64,000 nucleotides of DNA from Comamonadaceae bacterium (GTDB taxonomy: Bacteria; Pseudomonadota; Gammaproteobacteria; Burkholderiales; Burkholderiaceae_C): contig CANFLX010000008.1 in the NCBI GenBank assembly GCA_947447985.1, positions 9,161-73,160 of the forward strand, in the 5' to 3' direction. Under the pieces are notes generated by a model. It searched no databases, had not been told where the DNA came from, and saw only the letters and a program-made list of their open reading frames with translations. A program made the position numbers and the translations under genes. This document shows positions 9,555 to 18,895 of the stretch, piece after piece; position 1 is the first letter of the stretch; every line of letters starts with the position of its first letter.

Positions 9555-9675
9555 TTGAAAAATGAGGGAAAAAATTCGGGTCGCCAAAGCAAGGGCAATG
9601 AGGGCTGGCCTGCAAGCGGTCGGGGCTGCATTCTAAAATGCGGCGACGAATCCCAAAAACTGCCAAGGACACTGA

Positions 9676-10083
9676 GTGAAATTTATTATTGATAACTGGA
9701 CGCTGATCGCATTAGCCGTGATTTCGGGTGGGTTGCTATTGGCGCCTGTACTGCAGGGCGCAGTCGCCACCGGCCTGGGCGCCAATGACGCGGTACAACT
9801 CATCAACCGCGAAAAAGCTGTGGTGGTCGATGTCTGCGAACCCGGTGAGTTCGCCGCCGGCCACATCGTGGGTTCGAAAAATATTCCGCTGGGTGAATTG
9901 GAAGCCAAACTCGCGGGCGCAGTGAAGAACAAAAAATTGCCACTGATTCTGGTTTGCCAGTCCGGCGCCCGCTCAGGACGTGCAGTCGCAACCGCCACCG
10001 CTTTGGGCTTTGAGCAAGTGCATTCTTTGGGCGGCGGTCTGGCCGCTTGGCGTGCCGCCAATCTTCCGGTCGAAAAAGTCTGA
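9676..10083 (+). CDS. Membrane-anchored rhodanese-domain protein (YibN-like)
   Basis: GTG start, N-terminal TM helix and active-site loop CQSGARS. It occupies the position of E. coli yibN upstream of grxC-secB-gpsA. Confidence 0.8.
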   Translation: MKFIIDNWTLIALAVISGGLLLAPVLQGAVATGLGANDAVQLINREKAVVVDVCEPGEFAAGHIVGSKNIPLGELEAKLAGAVKNKKLPLILVCQSGARSGRAVATATALGFEQVHSLGGGLAAWRAANLPVEKV

Positions 10084-10123
10084 ACCCGCCCCCGTCGAAC
10101 CTCCCTTGTTGAAATAAATTTCT

Positions 10124-10384
10124 ATGCAAAACGTCAAGATGTACACCACCGGCGTGTGCCCCTACTGCATTCAAGCCAAACGCCTGCTCAAGTCCAAAGG
10201 GGTCGAGCAGATTGAAGAAATCCGCATTGACGTCAACCCGCAAGAGCGCGCCACCATGATGGAAATCACCGGGCGACGCACCGTGCCGCAGATTTTTGTC
10301 GGCAGCACCCATGTGGGTGGCTTTGACGACCTGGCCGCACTCGACGGCCGTGGCGGATTGCTGCCCTTGCTGGCGGGTGCCTGA
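10124..10384 (+). CDS. grxC: Glutaredoxin 3
   Basis: 86 aa with a CPYC active site, plus TVPQIFVG and GGFDDL. Confidence 0.9.
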   Translation: MQNVKMYTTGVCPYCIQAKRLLKSKGVEQIEEIRIDVNPQERATMMEITGRRTVPQIFVGSTHVGGFDDLAALDGRGGLLPLLAGA

Positions 10385-10473
10385 ACATTGCTGCTGTGGG
10401 GCGGCGCAGATTGCCCTGCTGACATAATTGAGGCTGCGGCTGACCCTCTCAGGCTTGCCAGCAGCGTTTTCCC

Positions 10474-10508
10474 AGCCCACCCGGACCTGTTCAGGTGGGC
10501 TTTGTTTT
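10474..10508 (+). terminator. Intrinsic-terminator-like hairpin between grxC and secB
   Basis: AGCCCACC (10474-10481) pairs with GGTGGGCT (10494-10501) across a 12-nt loop, followed by TTTGTTTT. It ends about 19 nt before the secB ATG. Confidence 0.55.
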
Positions 10509-10526
10509 CATTCGAAAGATCCCACC

Positions 10527-10982
10527 ATGGCCGACCAAGAACCCGTATTCCAAATCCAGCGCGTGTACCTCAAAGAGGCTTCCCTGGAGCAACCCAATTC
10601 CCCCGCCATCCTGCTTGAGCAAGAGCAACCCTCGGTGGATATTCAGCTGGGTGTGGAAGCCAACCCCGTGGCCGATGGCATTTTTGAGGTGAGCGTCACC
10701 GCCACCGTGCAAACCAAAATCAAAGACAAGACCGTGTTTTTGGTCGAAGTCAAACAAGCCGGTATTTTTGAAATCCGCAATCTCGCGCAAGAGCAAATGG
10801 GCCAGATCATGGGCATTGCCTGCCCGCAGATCGTCTACCCCTATTTGCGCGGCAACGTGGCTGATCTGATCCAGCGCGGCGGTTTCCCACCGGTGCACCT
10901 CTCGGAAATCAATTTCCAGGCCATGTACGAACAGCAGCAGGCCCAGGCGGCTGAGGGTGCTTCGTCCAACCTGCCGCAATAA
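10527..10982 (+). CDS. secB: Protein-export chaperone SecB
   Basis: Start set at ATG 10527 inside ORF 10428..10982. [41 protein letters not shown] and an acidic C-terminus. Confidence 0.9.
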   Translation: MADQEPVFQIQRVYLKEASLEQPNSPAILLEQEQPSVDIQLGVEANPVADGIFEVSVTATVQTKIKDKTVFLVEVKQAGIFEIRNLAQEQMGQIMGIACPQIVYPYLRGNVADLIQRGGFPPVHLSEINFQAMYEQQQAQAAEGASSNLPQ

Positions 10983-11030
10983 GCGCTGCTTCTGCGCCGT
11001 GTGGCGTGAAAAGCAGGGGCACAACAGAGC

Positions 11031-12044
11031 ATGAAAATCCTGGTGATCGGGGCGGGCGCGTTTGGCACGGCCTTGGCCATCGGCACGGCCAATAACCCCA
11101 AGGGTCACCAGACCCGTCTGTGGTCGCGCAGCCCGCAGCACCAGGAGTCCTTGCAGACCCAGCGCGAGAACACCCGCTACCTGCCTGGGTTTGCATTGCC
11201 CGCGTCGCTGGGGGTATTGCAATGCGATGCCGAGGCACTGCCACGCCACTTGGCGCAGCAAGATCTGGTCATCGTCGCCACCCCCATGGCCGGTTTGCGT
11301 GGCGTCCTAGGCGGTCTCGCAGAATTGCAAGTGCCCGTGGCCTGGCTTTGCAAGGGCTTTGAAACCGCCCAGTCTCCCACCGCCACCGGCCTCATGGGGC
11401 ATGAAGTTCAAGCCCAGGTTGCGCCCCATTTGCAAGCGGGTGTCTTGAGCGGCCCGAGTTTTGCGCAAGAGGTCGCACGCGGCCAGCCGACTGCCTTGGT
11501 GGCTGCCAGCAAACACGAGGCCGTGCGCCAAGCCTTGGTCGCGGCATTTCACAGCCCCTTGCTGCGTGTCTATGCCAGCGACGATGTGGTGGGGGTGGAA
11601 GTGGGTGGCGCCGTCAAGAACGTGCTCGCGGTCGCCACGGGACTGTGTGATGGACTTCAGCTCGGGCTGAATGCCCGCGCTGCCCTGATCACGAGGGGAC
11701 TGGCCGAAATGACGCGTTTGGGCATGGCCTTGGGCGCACGGGCAGAAACTTTTATGGGCTTGAGCGGTCTGGGCGATTTGGTACTTACCGCCACAGGTGA
11801 CCTGTCTCGCAACCGGCGGGTGGGCCTGGCTCTGGCCCAAGGCAAGTCGCTGGCGCAAGCGGTCGAGGAACTGGGCCATGTCGCTGAGGGCGTGTACAGC
11901 GCGCGCACGGTGGTGCAGCGGGCGCAAAGCCTGGGCCTGGAAATGCCGATTGCCAAGACGGTGGTCGACCTTTTGGATGGCCACTTGCGGCCCGAGCAAG
12001 CGGTGGCGGCTTTGATGGGCCGCGGACCAGGGCAGGAGCTTTAG
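11031..12044 (+). CDS. gpsA: NAD(P)H-dependent glycerol-3-phosphate dehydrogenase
   Basis: [36 protein letters not shown] and [18 protein letters not shown]. Confidence 0.9.
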   Translation: MKILVIGAGAFGTALAIGTANNPKGHQTRLWSRSPQHQESLQTQRENTRYLPGFALPASLGVLQCDAEALPRHLAQQDLVIVATPMAGLRGVLGGLAELQVPVAWLCKGFETAQSPTATGLMGHEVQAQVAPHLQAGVLSGPSFAQEVARGQPTALVAASKHEAVRQALVAAFHSPLLRVYASDDVVGVEVGGAVKNVLAVATGLCDGLQLGLNARAALITRGLAEMTRLGMALGARAETFMGLSGLGDLVLTATGDLSRNRRVGLALAQGKSLAQAVEELGHVAEGVYSARTVVQRAQSLGLEMPIAKTVVDLLDGHLRPEQAVAALMGRGPGQEL

Positions 12045-12122
12045 CGACCCGTATTCAAGCGGGAAATATCAAAATCAATCAAATTCAGCGCAAAATGAAT
12101 AAAAACAATTTATTCGCTGAAA

Positions 12123-13007
12123 ATGGTTTTGATCTATCGCGCTCAGCGCCTTCCATTCGCATGGTGGCGCAGTCTGCTTTTGCTGGCACTGTCTTTGCTG
12201 ACTGCTGCGAACGCCTGGTCCTGGGGTGCGCAAGGCCATGAGGTGATTGCCGCAGTGGCGTGGCAGCGCCTGACGCCTCCCGCCCGACAAGAAGTTTCCC
12301 GTTTGCTGGCTTTGGAGCCTGGCCAGACCCTGGTGTCTATCGCCACCTGGGCCGATGAACACCGCAGCCCCGCAACGGGCGTATGGCATTACGTCAATTT
12401 CCCGCGTTCAAGCTGCAACTACGACCCCGTGCGTGATTGCCCCGACGGGCGCTGCGTGGTCGCAGCCATCGCGCACCAGCGTGCCGTCCTCGCGTCTCAG
12501 GCCGATGACGCGCAGCGCCTCAAGGCGCTCAAATACCTGGTGCATTTGGTCGGTGACGTTCACCAGCCGCTGCACGCCGGGTACCAGGACGACCGCGGCG
12601 GTAATCGCTTTCAGCTCCAGGCCTGGATGCACGCCAGAAATTTGCATGCGGTGTGGGACAGCGGTTTGTTGCGCAGCATGGACTTAGACAACGAGGCGGT
12701 CGCATCGCTTTTGGAGGCCATGCCCGTAGCGTCCCATGCGCCGGATGTGGATCCTGTTCACATGGCTCAAGAGTCATGCCGCATCGTGGGACAGCCCGGG
12801 TTTTATCCCGATGCCGGGGTGAACGCGGCCTATACCCAGCGCTTTACGCCCGTGCTGCGGCAGCGACTGGGGCTGGCAGCGACCCGGTTGGCGGCCATGA
12901 TCAACGCGGCGGTTGTGCAGTCGCAAGGCGAGCAAAACCGAAGCGCGATAGCATCCTTGCCTTTGTTGCCCTCGAGCCCCGTGACGTCCACCGATCGTGA
13001 GAAATGA
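12123..13007 (+). CDS. Secreted S1/P1-family zinc nuclease
   Basis: A signal peptide is followed by a mature N-terminal Trp (ANAW/SWGAQGHEVIA). Also WADE, WHYVN, HLVGDVHQPLH and NLHAVWDSGLL. Confidence 0.8.
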   Translation: MVLIYRAQRLPFAWWRSLLLLALSLLTAANAWSWGAQGHEVIAAVAWQRLTPPARQEVSRLLALEPGQTLVSIATWADEHRSPATGVWHYVNFPRSSCNYDPVRDCPDGRCVVAAIAHQRAVLASQADDAQRLKALKYLVHLVGDVHQPLHAGYQDDRGGNRFQLQAWMHARNLHAVWDSGLLRSMDLDNEAVASLLEAMPVASHAPDVDPVHMAQESCRIVGQPGFYPDAGVNAAYTQRFTPVLRQRLGLAATRLAAMINAAVVQSQGEQNRSAIASLPLLPSSPVTSTDREK

Positions 13008-14593
13008 CCGCCGCCTCGAGCGATAGCCCGTTGCCATCAGATCGCAGCTTTTTGCAGTCCTTGGCGGCCATGCTGGGGATTGCGCTGGCTTTTATGCTGA
13101 TTGCCCTCAACACCTCGGTCGTGGGCACGGCCATGCCGCGCATCGTGGCTGATTTGAGGGGTTACGACCTCTACCAGTGGGCAGCGTCGGCCTTTCTGGT
13201 GGGCAATGCGGTGATGATTCCCATCACCGGACGCCTGGGCGATTTGCATGGGCGCAAGCCCTTTGTGCTGGCCGCCGTCCTGCTGTTTGCACTGGCCTCG
13301 ATTGCCTGTGCTGCCTCGCAAACCATGGTGCAGTTGGTCGGTGCACGGGCGCTGCAGGGCCTGGCGGGCGGCATGCTGCTGGGTGTGGCGTCGGCTTGCG
13401 TGCCAGACTTGTTTCCAGATGCCGTGCAGCGTGTGCGTTGGCAGGTCTTGCTGTCTGCCGGCTACGGCGTGGCGCTGGCGGTCGGCCCGTGGCTGGGCGG
13501 CTGGCTGACGGAGCATTGGGGCTGGCGTTATGTGTTCCTGGTTAATTTGCCGCTGGCGCTGGCTGCGCTGCTGATGGTGTGGCGTTACTTTCCGCACATC
13601 GTTCACCACGCCGACGGAGATCGCAGCATCGATTGGTTGGGGGCCTTGCTGCTCACGCTGGCCATTTGCGCTTTGTTGGTGGCGGCCGAATACAGCCAGA
13701 CTCTCAGCTTTGCGACCTTGCCCTCGCTGGGACTGTGGGTTGTAACGGCGGCGCTGGTGTACGGCTTCTTCCGCCACCAGTACCACACCCGTGCGCCTAT
13801 CATTTCGCCCGAGCTGCTGGACAACCGGGGCGCGCGCCAGCTCATGATGCTGGGCCTGCTCACCGGGCTGACCATGTTCACGCTGATTTTTTATACGCCC
13901 TTGCTGTTGCAGGGCAGCTTTGGTCAGTCGCCGCACGAAGCCGGGGTGGTCATGACGCCACTGCTGGTGTTCATCACCATTGGCAGCATCGTGAATTCCA
14001 GGTTGTTACCCCGCTTGCACCAGGCCCAGCGCCTGATTGCCTGGGGCCAGTTGGGCACCATGCTCACTTGCCTTTTGCTCACCCAGGTGGATGCGAGTAC
14101 CTCCGACGCCTGGTTGATGACGGTGTTTGGCCTGTGTGGCTTCAGTCTGGGTTTTCAGTTGCCCAACCTGTCGCTGCAAATCATGGCGGTGGCCGGGCGC
14201 AGGCACATGGGGGTGGCCTCTGCTTTGGCACAGACCACGCGCATGATTGGCAGCATGGTGGGTGTGGGTGTGGCCAGTGTGCTGGTCAACGCCTTGTATG
14301 CCCGCCAGACCGCCGATGCCCTGGCCCGGTACCACATCAGCGATGCAGCGCTCGTGAAGCTGCTGTCGTCCCCGCAAATTTTGATTCGCCAACAAGACCA
14401 AGACGCCTTGCGCGCACTGGCCCAAGGGCTGGGCTTGGACACGGCCCCCCTGTTGGAGGCAGCGCGCATCGGCTTGGTCAGCGGCACGCACGCTGCGTTT
14501 TTGCTGTGCGCATTCATCGCGGCCTTGAGTGTGGTGATCAGCTGGCGACTGCCCCTGTACAGTCTGCGGCGCCTACCGCAGCGTGAAGCTTAA
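13004..14593 (+). CDS. MFS transporter, DHA2 (EmrB/QacA-like, 14-TMS) type
   Basis: 529 aa with multiple hydrophobic helices. MFS motif A-like GRLGDLHGRKP. The ATG overlaps the nuclease stop (ATGA 13004-13007). Confidence 0.85.
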   Translation: MTAASSDSPLPSDRSFLQSLAAMLGIALAFMLIALNTSVVGTAMPRIVADLRGYDLYQWAASAFLVGNAVMIPITGRLGDLHGRKPFVLAAVLLFALASIACAASQTMVQLVGARALQGLAGGMLLGVASACVPDLFPDAVQRVRWQVLLSAGYGVALAVGPWLGGWLTEHWGWRYVFLVNLPLALAALLMVWRYFPHIVHHADGDRSIDWLGALLLTLAICALLVAAEYSQTLSFATLPSLGLWVVTAALVYGFFRHQYHTRAPIISPELLDNRGARQLMMLGLLTGLTMFTLIFYTPLLLQGSFGQSPHEAGVVMTPLLVFITIGSIVNSRLLPRLHQAQRLIAWGQLGTMLTCLLLTQVDASTSDAWLMTVFGLCGFSLGFQLPNLSLQIMAVAGRRHMGVASALAQTTRMIGSMVGVGVASVLVNALYARQTADALARYHISDAALVKLLSSPQILIRQQDQDALRALAQGLGLDTAPLLEAARIGLVSGTHAAFLLCAFIAALSVVISWRLPLYSLRRLPQREA

Positions 14594-14606
14594 AGTCCCC
14601 ATCACC

Positions 14607-14960
14607 ATGTCCGATTCAGCCGCTCCCCGCTACAGCCCCACCGCCCCGGATCGCAGCACCATCGACGCCACGCCTGGCCCCATGCTCTTGCAATTTGGTG
14701 TGAACTGGTGCGGACACTGCGTGGCAGCAGAGCCGGCGATCGTTCAAGCCCTGCAGGCCTACCCGCAACTCCAGCATGTGTGTATTGAGGACGGTCCTGG
14801 ACGCCCCTTGGGACGCTCCTTCAAAATCAAGCTGTGGCCGACGCTGGTGTTGGTGCAAGATGGCCAGGAATTGGCGCGGCTGGTGCGCCCCACACAGGTT
14901 CAATCCGTGCAAGATTTTTTGACGTTTTCGGCGGCAGCCCAGCCTCCAGAGAGCATCTGA
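14607..14960 (+). CDS. Thioredoxin-fold protein (WCGHC)
   Basis: WCGHC active site in a roughly 117-aa protein. Start set at ATG 14607; the GTG at 14583 would overlap the MFS gene. Confidence 0.75.
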   Translation: MSDSAAPRYSPTAPDRSTIDATPGPMLLQFGVNWCGHCVAAEPAIVQALQAYPQLQHVCIEDGPGRPLGRSFKIKLWPTLVLVQDGQELARLVRPTQVQSVQDFLTFSAAAQPPESI

Positions 14961-15191
14961 TACCCGGGTATTTGCGGTCAATTCAAACCGGGCCGTTGTC
15001 GATGTGCCGCCCAAGTCGTACGCCGAATTGCGTACGCCTCAATCGCCTTGGATTACGAAGGTGTAATGCATCTGTCACGGCACATTCAGCGAAATGACAA
15101 CGGTGCGTCGTATATTCGCTGCAACTCCAAACATATGTGTTTGGCTAGCCTGTTCGGATGCCTGAGCGCCGAGTACTGAGATGACGTAAAT

Positions 15192-16460
15192 ATGCCGGTA
15201 AAAAAATTGCAAATGCCCTTGCCCTTGGTCTCGGTGGTCATGCCGAGCCTGAACCAAGCCGCCTTTTTGGAGGTGGCAGTGCGCAGCGTGCTGGCGCAGT
15301 CGTATGAGAACGTCGAGTTGGTGGTGGCCGATGGGCAGTCCACCGACGGCACAATTGAGCTGTTGGTGCAATTGCAGCAGGAGTTTGGCGGGCGCTTGCG
15401 CTGGGTCAGCCAGCAAGACACGGGGCCAGCCCAGGCCATCAATACGGCCATATCACTCGCGCAGGGCGACATCATTGGATGGCTGAATTCCGATGACGTG
15501 TATGCCGAAGGCGCCATTGGCAAAGCGGTCGACCAATTCACCAAGCAAGCCCATTGCCAGATGGTGTATGGCCTGGCCAATCACATTGATGTTGCCGGCA
15601 ATGTGATTGGCGCCTATCCGACGCGACCGCCAAGCACGCCATTGGACGCGTTTGCCGATGGAAGCTTTATTTGCCAGCCGACCGTATTCATGCGGCGCGG
15701 GGCACTGGCGATGGTGGGGCCACTGAATGAAGGCCTTCACTTGGCATTTGACTTTGAGCTGTGGTTGAGGCTATTCAAGCGTTTCCCTCATCAGATTGCC
15801 ATGGTGCGCAGCATTCAGGCTTCGTCGCGCTTGCATGCGGGCTGCCTGACCCAGCGCCAACGCCGACAGGTGGCGGTGGAGGGCATGAAAGTGTTGTCCC
15901 AGCACCTCAACATGGTGCCCCCGCATTGGTTTTGGACGCACCTTGACGAATTATGTGCAGCCTATCCTTTTGGGCCTGACACTGAGCCGCTGGTCAAGCA
16001 GCTTGAGCATTTTATTGTGGAGGTGAAGGGGTATTTTTCAGCCAAAGATCTCAAGGAGATGTCGGCGCAAATTCGCACGGACTCGCGTCTTATTTTGGCC
16101 AAGCCTGGGTTGATGGCGAGCGTGCAGCCCGATGGGTGGGTGAGCAAGCATGTGGCAGTGAAATACCGTTGGACAGACAAGCCCGCTGTCGCCGTGACGA
16201 TGCGATGCGTGGCAGCCTGGCCGGTGCCAGGAAAAATGCGTCTGAAGGTGCTCACACCAGACGGTGATGAGCAGATTTTGGACATTGAAGCACCAGAAGA
16301 GTTTGTTCTTCGGTTTGAAGTGCCTCCCACAGAGTTGCCGGGGATGATGATGTGGACGGTAGACACCGCCCAGACCTTCGTGCCGGCCAAGCACGACTCC
16401 GCATCGCAGGACAAACGCAAATTGTCTTTTCGGGTGTTGGAACTCAAGCTCGAAGAATGA
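15192..16460 (+). CDS. Family 2 glycosyltransferase with ~190-aa C-terminal domain of unknown function
   Basis: VSVVMPSLNQAAFLEVAVRSVLAQSYENVELVVADGQSTDGT and NSDD (DxD-like) are typical of the GT2 N-terminal half. I do not recognise the C-terminal half. Confidence 0.8.
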   Translation: MPVKKLQMPLPLVSVVMPSLNQAAFLEVAVRSVLAQSYENVELVVADGQSTDGTIELLVQLQQEFGGRLRWVSQQDTGPAQAINTAISLAQGDIIGWLNSDDVYAEGAIGKAVDQFTKQAHCQMVYGLANHIDVAGNVIGAYPTRPPSTPLDAFADGSFICQPTVFMRRGALAMVGPLNEGLHLAFDFELWLRLFKRFPHQIAMVRSIQASSRLHAGCLTQRQRRQVAVEGMKVLSQHLNMVPPHWFWTHLDELCAAYPFGPDTEPLVKQLEHFIVEVKGYFSAKDLKEMSAQIRTDSRLILAKPGLMASVQPDGWVSKHVAVKYRWTDKPAVAVTMRCVAAWPVPGKMRLKVLTPDGDEQILDIEAPEEFVLRFEVPPTELPGMMMWTVDTAQTFVPAKHDSASQDKRKLSFRVLELKLEE

Positions 16461-16466
16461 AGAATT

Positions 16467-16500
16467 GGCGCGCTCGGTTTGGGCGCAAGACCGGCGCGCC
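16467..16500. terminator. Long GC hairpin between convergent GT2 and GT1 genes (putative bidirectional terminator)
   Basis: GGCGCGC(T)CGG at 16467-16477 pairs with CCGGCGCGCC at 16491-16500, and an inner TTG/CAA stem extends it. No strong T-tract on either side. Confidence 0.45.
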
Positions 16501-16507
16501 GGCGTTG

Positions 16508-17596
16508 TCAATTCAAGTACGCTTGCAGGATGGGCCGGTATTTGGTGGCCAGCCCCTCATACGAAAACTGTTGGCTCAGGGCCATTGCGGCCTGATTGCG
16601 GCCAAACAAGGATTTTTCCCGGGCCTGGTACAGGCGTTGCAGCGCGTGGGATTCGTCTGGTTCGGCCCACCAACTCTGGATGGTGAGGTTGGGGTAGGCG
16701 TTGGCGTCGACTTCGACGCGCTGCCACCGGACCAGGAGGGTGTTTTCTTCAGTGACGAAATCTTGTGGTCCCGAAAAATCAGTGCAGACCAGGTGAAGAC
16801 CATTTTGCAATGCCTCGACCAAAGTGCGGCCGAAGCCTTCGCTGCGATGCAGCGACAAATAGCAATTGGCACTGAGGTAGAGGTCTGTCAGTTCACCGGG
16901 CTGCAGGGTTTCTTTGACGAGTTTGATGCGGGGGTGGGGTGGTATCCATTGCAAGGCCTTGGAGCCCATGTTCTGCCAGCGGCTGACCTTGAGAATCAAA
17001 TAGGCGTCAGGACAGTCTTGCGCCATTTTCAGAAAAACCCGCAACACGGCCTGTGGATTTTTTCTCTGCAAGGTGGAGTGCAGATCCAACATATAAAGCG
17101 AGACAAAGGCCTGGGACGGTATGCCCAATTGCGCTCGGAAGTCACGGCCCGTGGCGCCGTGTTGCACCACCGGCAAGGGCAGGGCGAGGGTGAGCTGGCG
17201 CGATTGTTTGAAAAAGGCCTGCTGCACAAACCGGGTGGGGCACCAGATATGGTCCATCAGCCGCAAGGCCTGCGCTTGTTCTGGGGGAAAGTCGGGCAGT
17301 TCCCACAAAAAGTAGCCCACCTTGGTGCGCGCCATCGCCGTCAGGCTGGGGTGCTGCTTGGCCAGACGGTCACATTCGGTGGCGGCCATGAAAAAGATAC
17401 TGGTGCCATAGTCCTGCGTGGTCATGTGCTGCCAGGAAACCCGAACTTGGCCTTGCACATCGGTGGGCACATCGACCACCGAAAAGGCGATGCCCAAATG
17501 GTTCAGCATGGCGGCAAACGAGCGCAGGTCTTCGCCCAAACCAGTGGGTGAAGTGGCATAGCCGACAAGATTAAATCCAAGGGTGCTGCGCATCAT
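16508..17596 (-). CDS. Family 1 (GT4-like) glycosyltransferase
   Basis: The C-terminal half has the GT-B signature SLHRSEGFGRTLVEALQNGLHLVCTDFSG (E-x7-E region). Confidence 0.75.
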   Translation of the reverse strand: MMRSTLGFNLVGYATSPTGLGEDLRSFAAMLNHLGIAFSVVDVPTDVQGQVRVSWQHMTTQDYGTSIFFMAATECDRLAKQHPSLTAMARTKVGYFLWELPDFPPEQAQALRLMDHIWCPTRFVQQAFFKQSRQLTLALPLPVVQHGATGRDFRAQLGIPSQAFVSLYMLDLHSTLQRKNPQAVLRVFLKMAQDCPDAYLILKVSRWQNMGSKALQWIPPHPRIKLVKETLQPGELTDLYLSANCYLSLHRSEGFGRTLVEALQNGLHLVCTDFSGPQDFVTEENTLLVRWQRVEVDANAYPNLTIQSWWAEPDESHALQRLYQAREKSLFGRNQAAMALSQQFSYEGLATKYRPILQAYLN

Positions 17597-17668
17597 GGAA
17601 GTGTAGGATTAAACTCGGACTAATTGAAAACGGCGAATTAAATAGCCTGTTACTTATTGGAGAAAATA

Positions 17669-18895
17669 ATGGCGACCTCATCCAAAAAAACCACAGCCAC
17701 GCCGCCCAAGGCCGCGATAGTTTCTAAAAAAGTAACTCTAGCTAAAAATGACAAAGTCTACAAAAATAACAAGGTTTTACCCCATCCGCCAGAGCCTGTA
17801 GTAACTGCGAAACCTGCGAAGCCTGCAAAGGCGGCGCCTGCCAAACGGGTGGCAAAAGCCGCACCGGCAGCGGCAAAGACCGCTGCTGCGCAAGTAGCAG
17901 CAGCGTCCGGTGTGCGAACGCTCGAGGAAGTAACGAAGAATGTCGCTGACTTGCCGAAGGCAGCCGGCCCCACACCGGCGATCGAAGGGCAGCTGGAAAA
18001 CAAATTAGCCAAGCAGCCACCGCGTGCGCTGAATTCACCCATTCGGATTTTCCAGATTTATTTTGAAGGCTGGCAGCGTGAGCTGCTCGATCCAGCGTTT
18101 TACCCATTGGACAACAGCCGCAGTACCTCCGAACTCATGGAGTTCAACGTGTTTGAGCAGTTGCAGCGCAATGCTGCCACCCAAGGCGCAACACTGTGGG
18201 GTGCCCTCTCGTGGCGCTTTGCCGAGAAGACGGGTATGCAAGGCGCCGAACTGGTTAAACAGATCGTTGATCATCCAGGCTATGACGTGTATTTTTGCAA
18301 CCCCTATCCCTTCAACGAAGCGCTTTACCACAATATGTGGGTGCATGGCGAGGTATCGCATCCGCAGTTTTTAGAATTAACTCGGCAGTTTTACGCGGCA
18401 GCGGGTTTGGACGATAAGGAATTAAGGGCGGTGGAGTCGTCAGGTAATTTTTCTGCGGCCAATTACTTTGTGGCATCGCCCAAGTTTTGGGATTTATTTA
18501 TTCCCTTTGTCAAACGCGTGCTGGTGGCGGCAGATAAAAAACTGGATTCCAAGGTGCGTGATATGTTGCACTCCAAAGTCGCCGACGACAAAGGTTTGCA
18601 TGCAGGCGCCACCTATATTCCTTTTATCGTGGAACGCTTGTTTACAACATTCATGCGCTCGGATGGCAAGGGATTAAAGTCTTATAAGGTCGCTTTGCCG
18701 GAACGGGAGCGCGAATTGAATGTGCATTTGAAACTCTTGCGCGAAATGAAGGATGTCGCCCACCGGACCCAATCGGCTTGGCTGGCGGCGTGTTGGGTGA
18801 ATTACCGCAATTTGTACCTGAGCCAGACCAATGGCAAAGAGTGGTGCGAAAAATACCTCCGGGCCATTACCCCCAACGAAATTAAGTTTGGATGA
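17669..18895 (+). CDS. Hypothetical protein: Lys/Ala/Pro-rich (histone H1/AlgP-like) N-terminal tail plus ~280-aa unrecognised domain
   Basis: ATG 17669 is preceded by GGAG. Tail reads [26 protein letters not shown]. Globular part starts [25 protein letters not shown]. The DNA is visibly more AT-rich than its neighbours. Confidence 0.6.
   Translation: MATSSKKTTATPPKAAIVSKKVTLAKNDKVYKNNKVLPHPPEPVVTAKPAKPAKAAPAKRVAKAAPAAAKTAAAQVAAASGVRTLEEVTKNVADLPKAAGPTPAIEGQLENKLAKQPPRALNSPIRIFQIYFEGWQRELLDPAFYPLDNSRSTSELMEFNVFEQLQRNAATQGATLWGALSWRFAEKTGMQGAELVKQIVDHPGYDVYFCNPYPFNEALYHNMWVHGEVSHPQFLELTRQFYAAAGLDDKELRAVESSGNFSAANYFVASPKFWDLFIPFVKRVLVAADKKLDSKVRDMLHSKVADDKGLHAGATYIPFIVERLFTTFMRSDGKGLKSYKVALPERERELNVHLKLLREMKDVAHRTQSAWLAACWVNYRNLYLSQTNGKEWCEKYLRAITPNEIKFG

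Noticed and set aside
12044-12122. I looked for a rho-independent terminator after gpsA.
   Set aside because: The only stem directly after the stop (CCCG/CGGG) is 4-5 bp. The larger palindrome is AT-rich and abuts the next start codon, so it is discussed as a possible operator instead.
15127-15144. A small hairpin, CCAAACA-TATG-TGTTTGG, lies upstream of the GT2 gene.
   Set aside because: It has only a 7-bp AT-rich stem in an AT-rich spacer, with no T-tract or repeated copies, so there is not enough to call a regulatory site.
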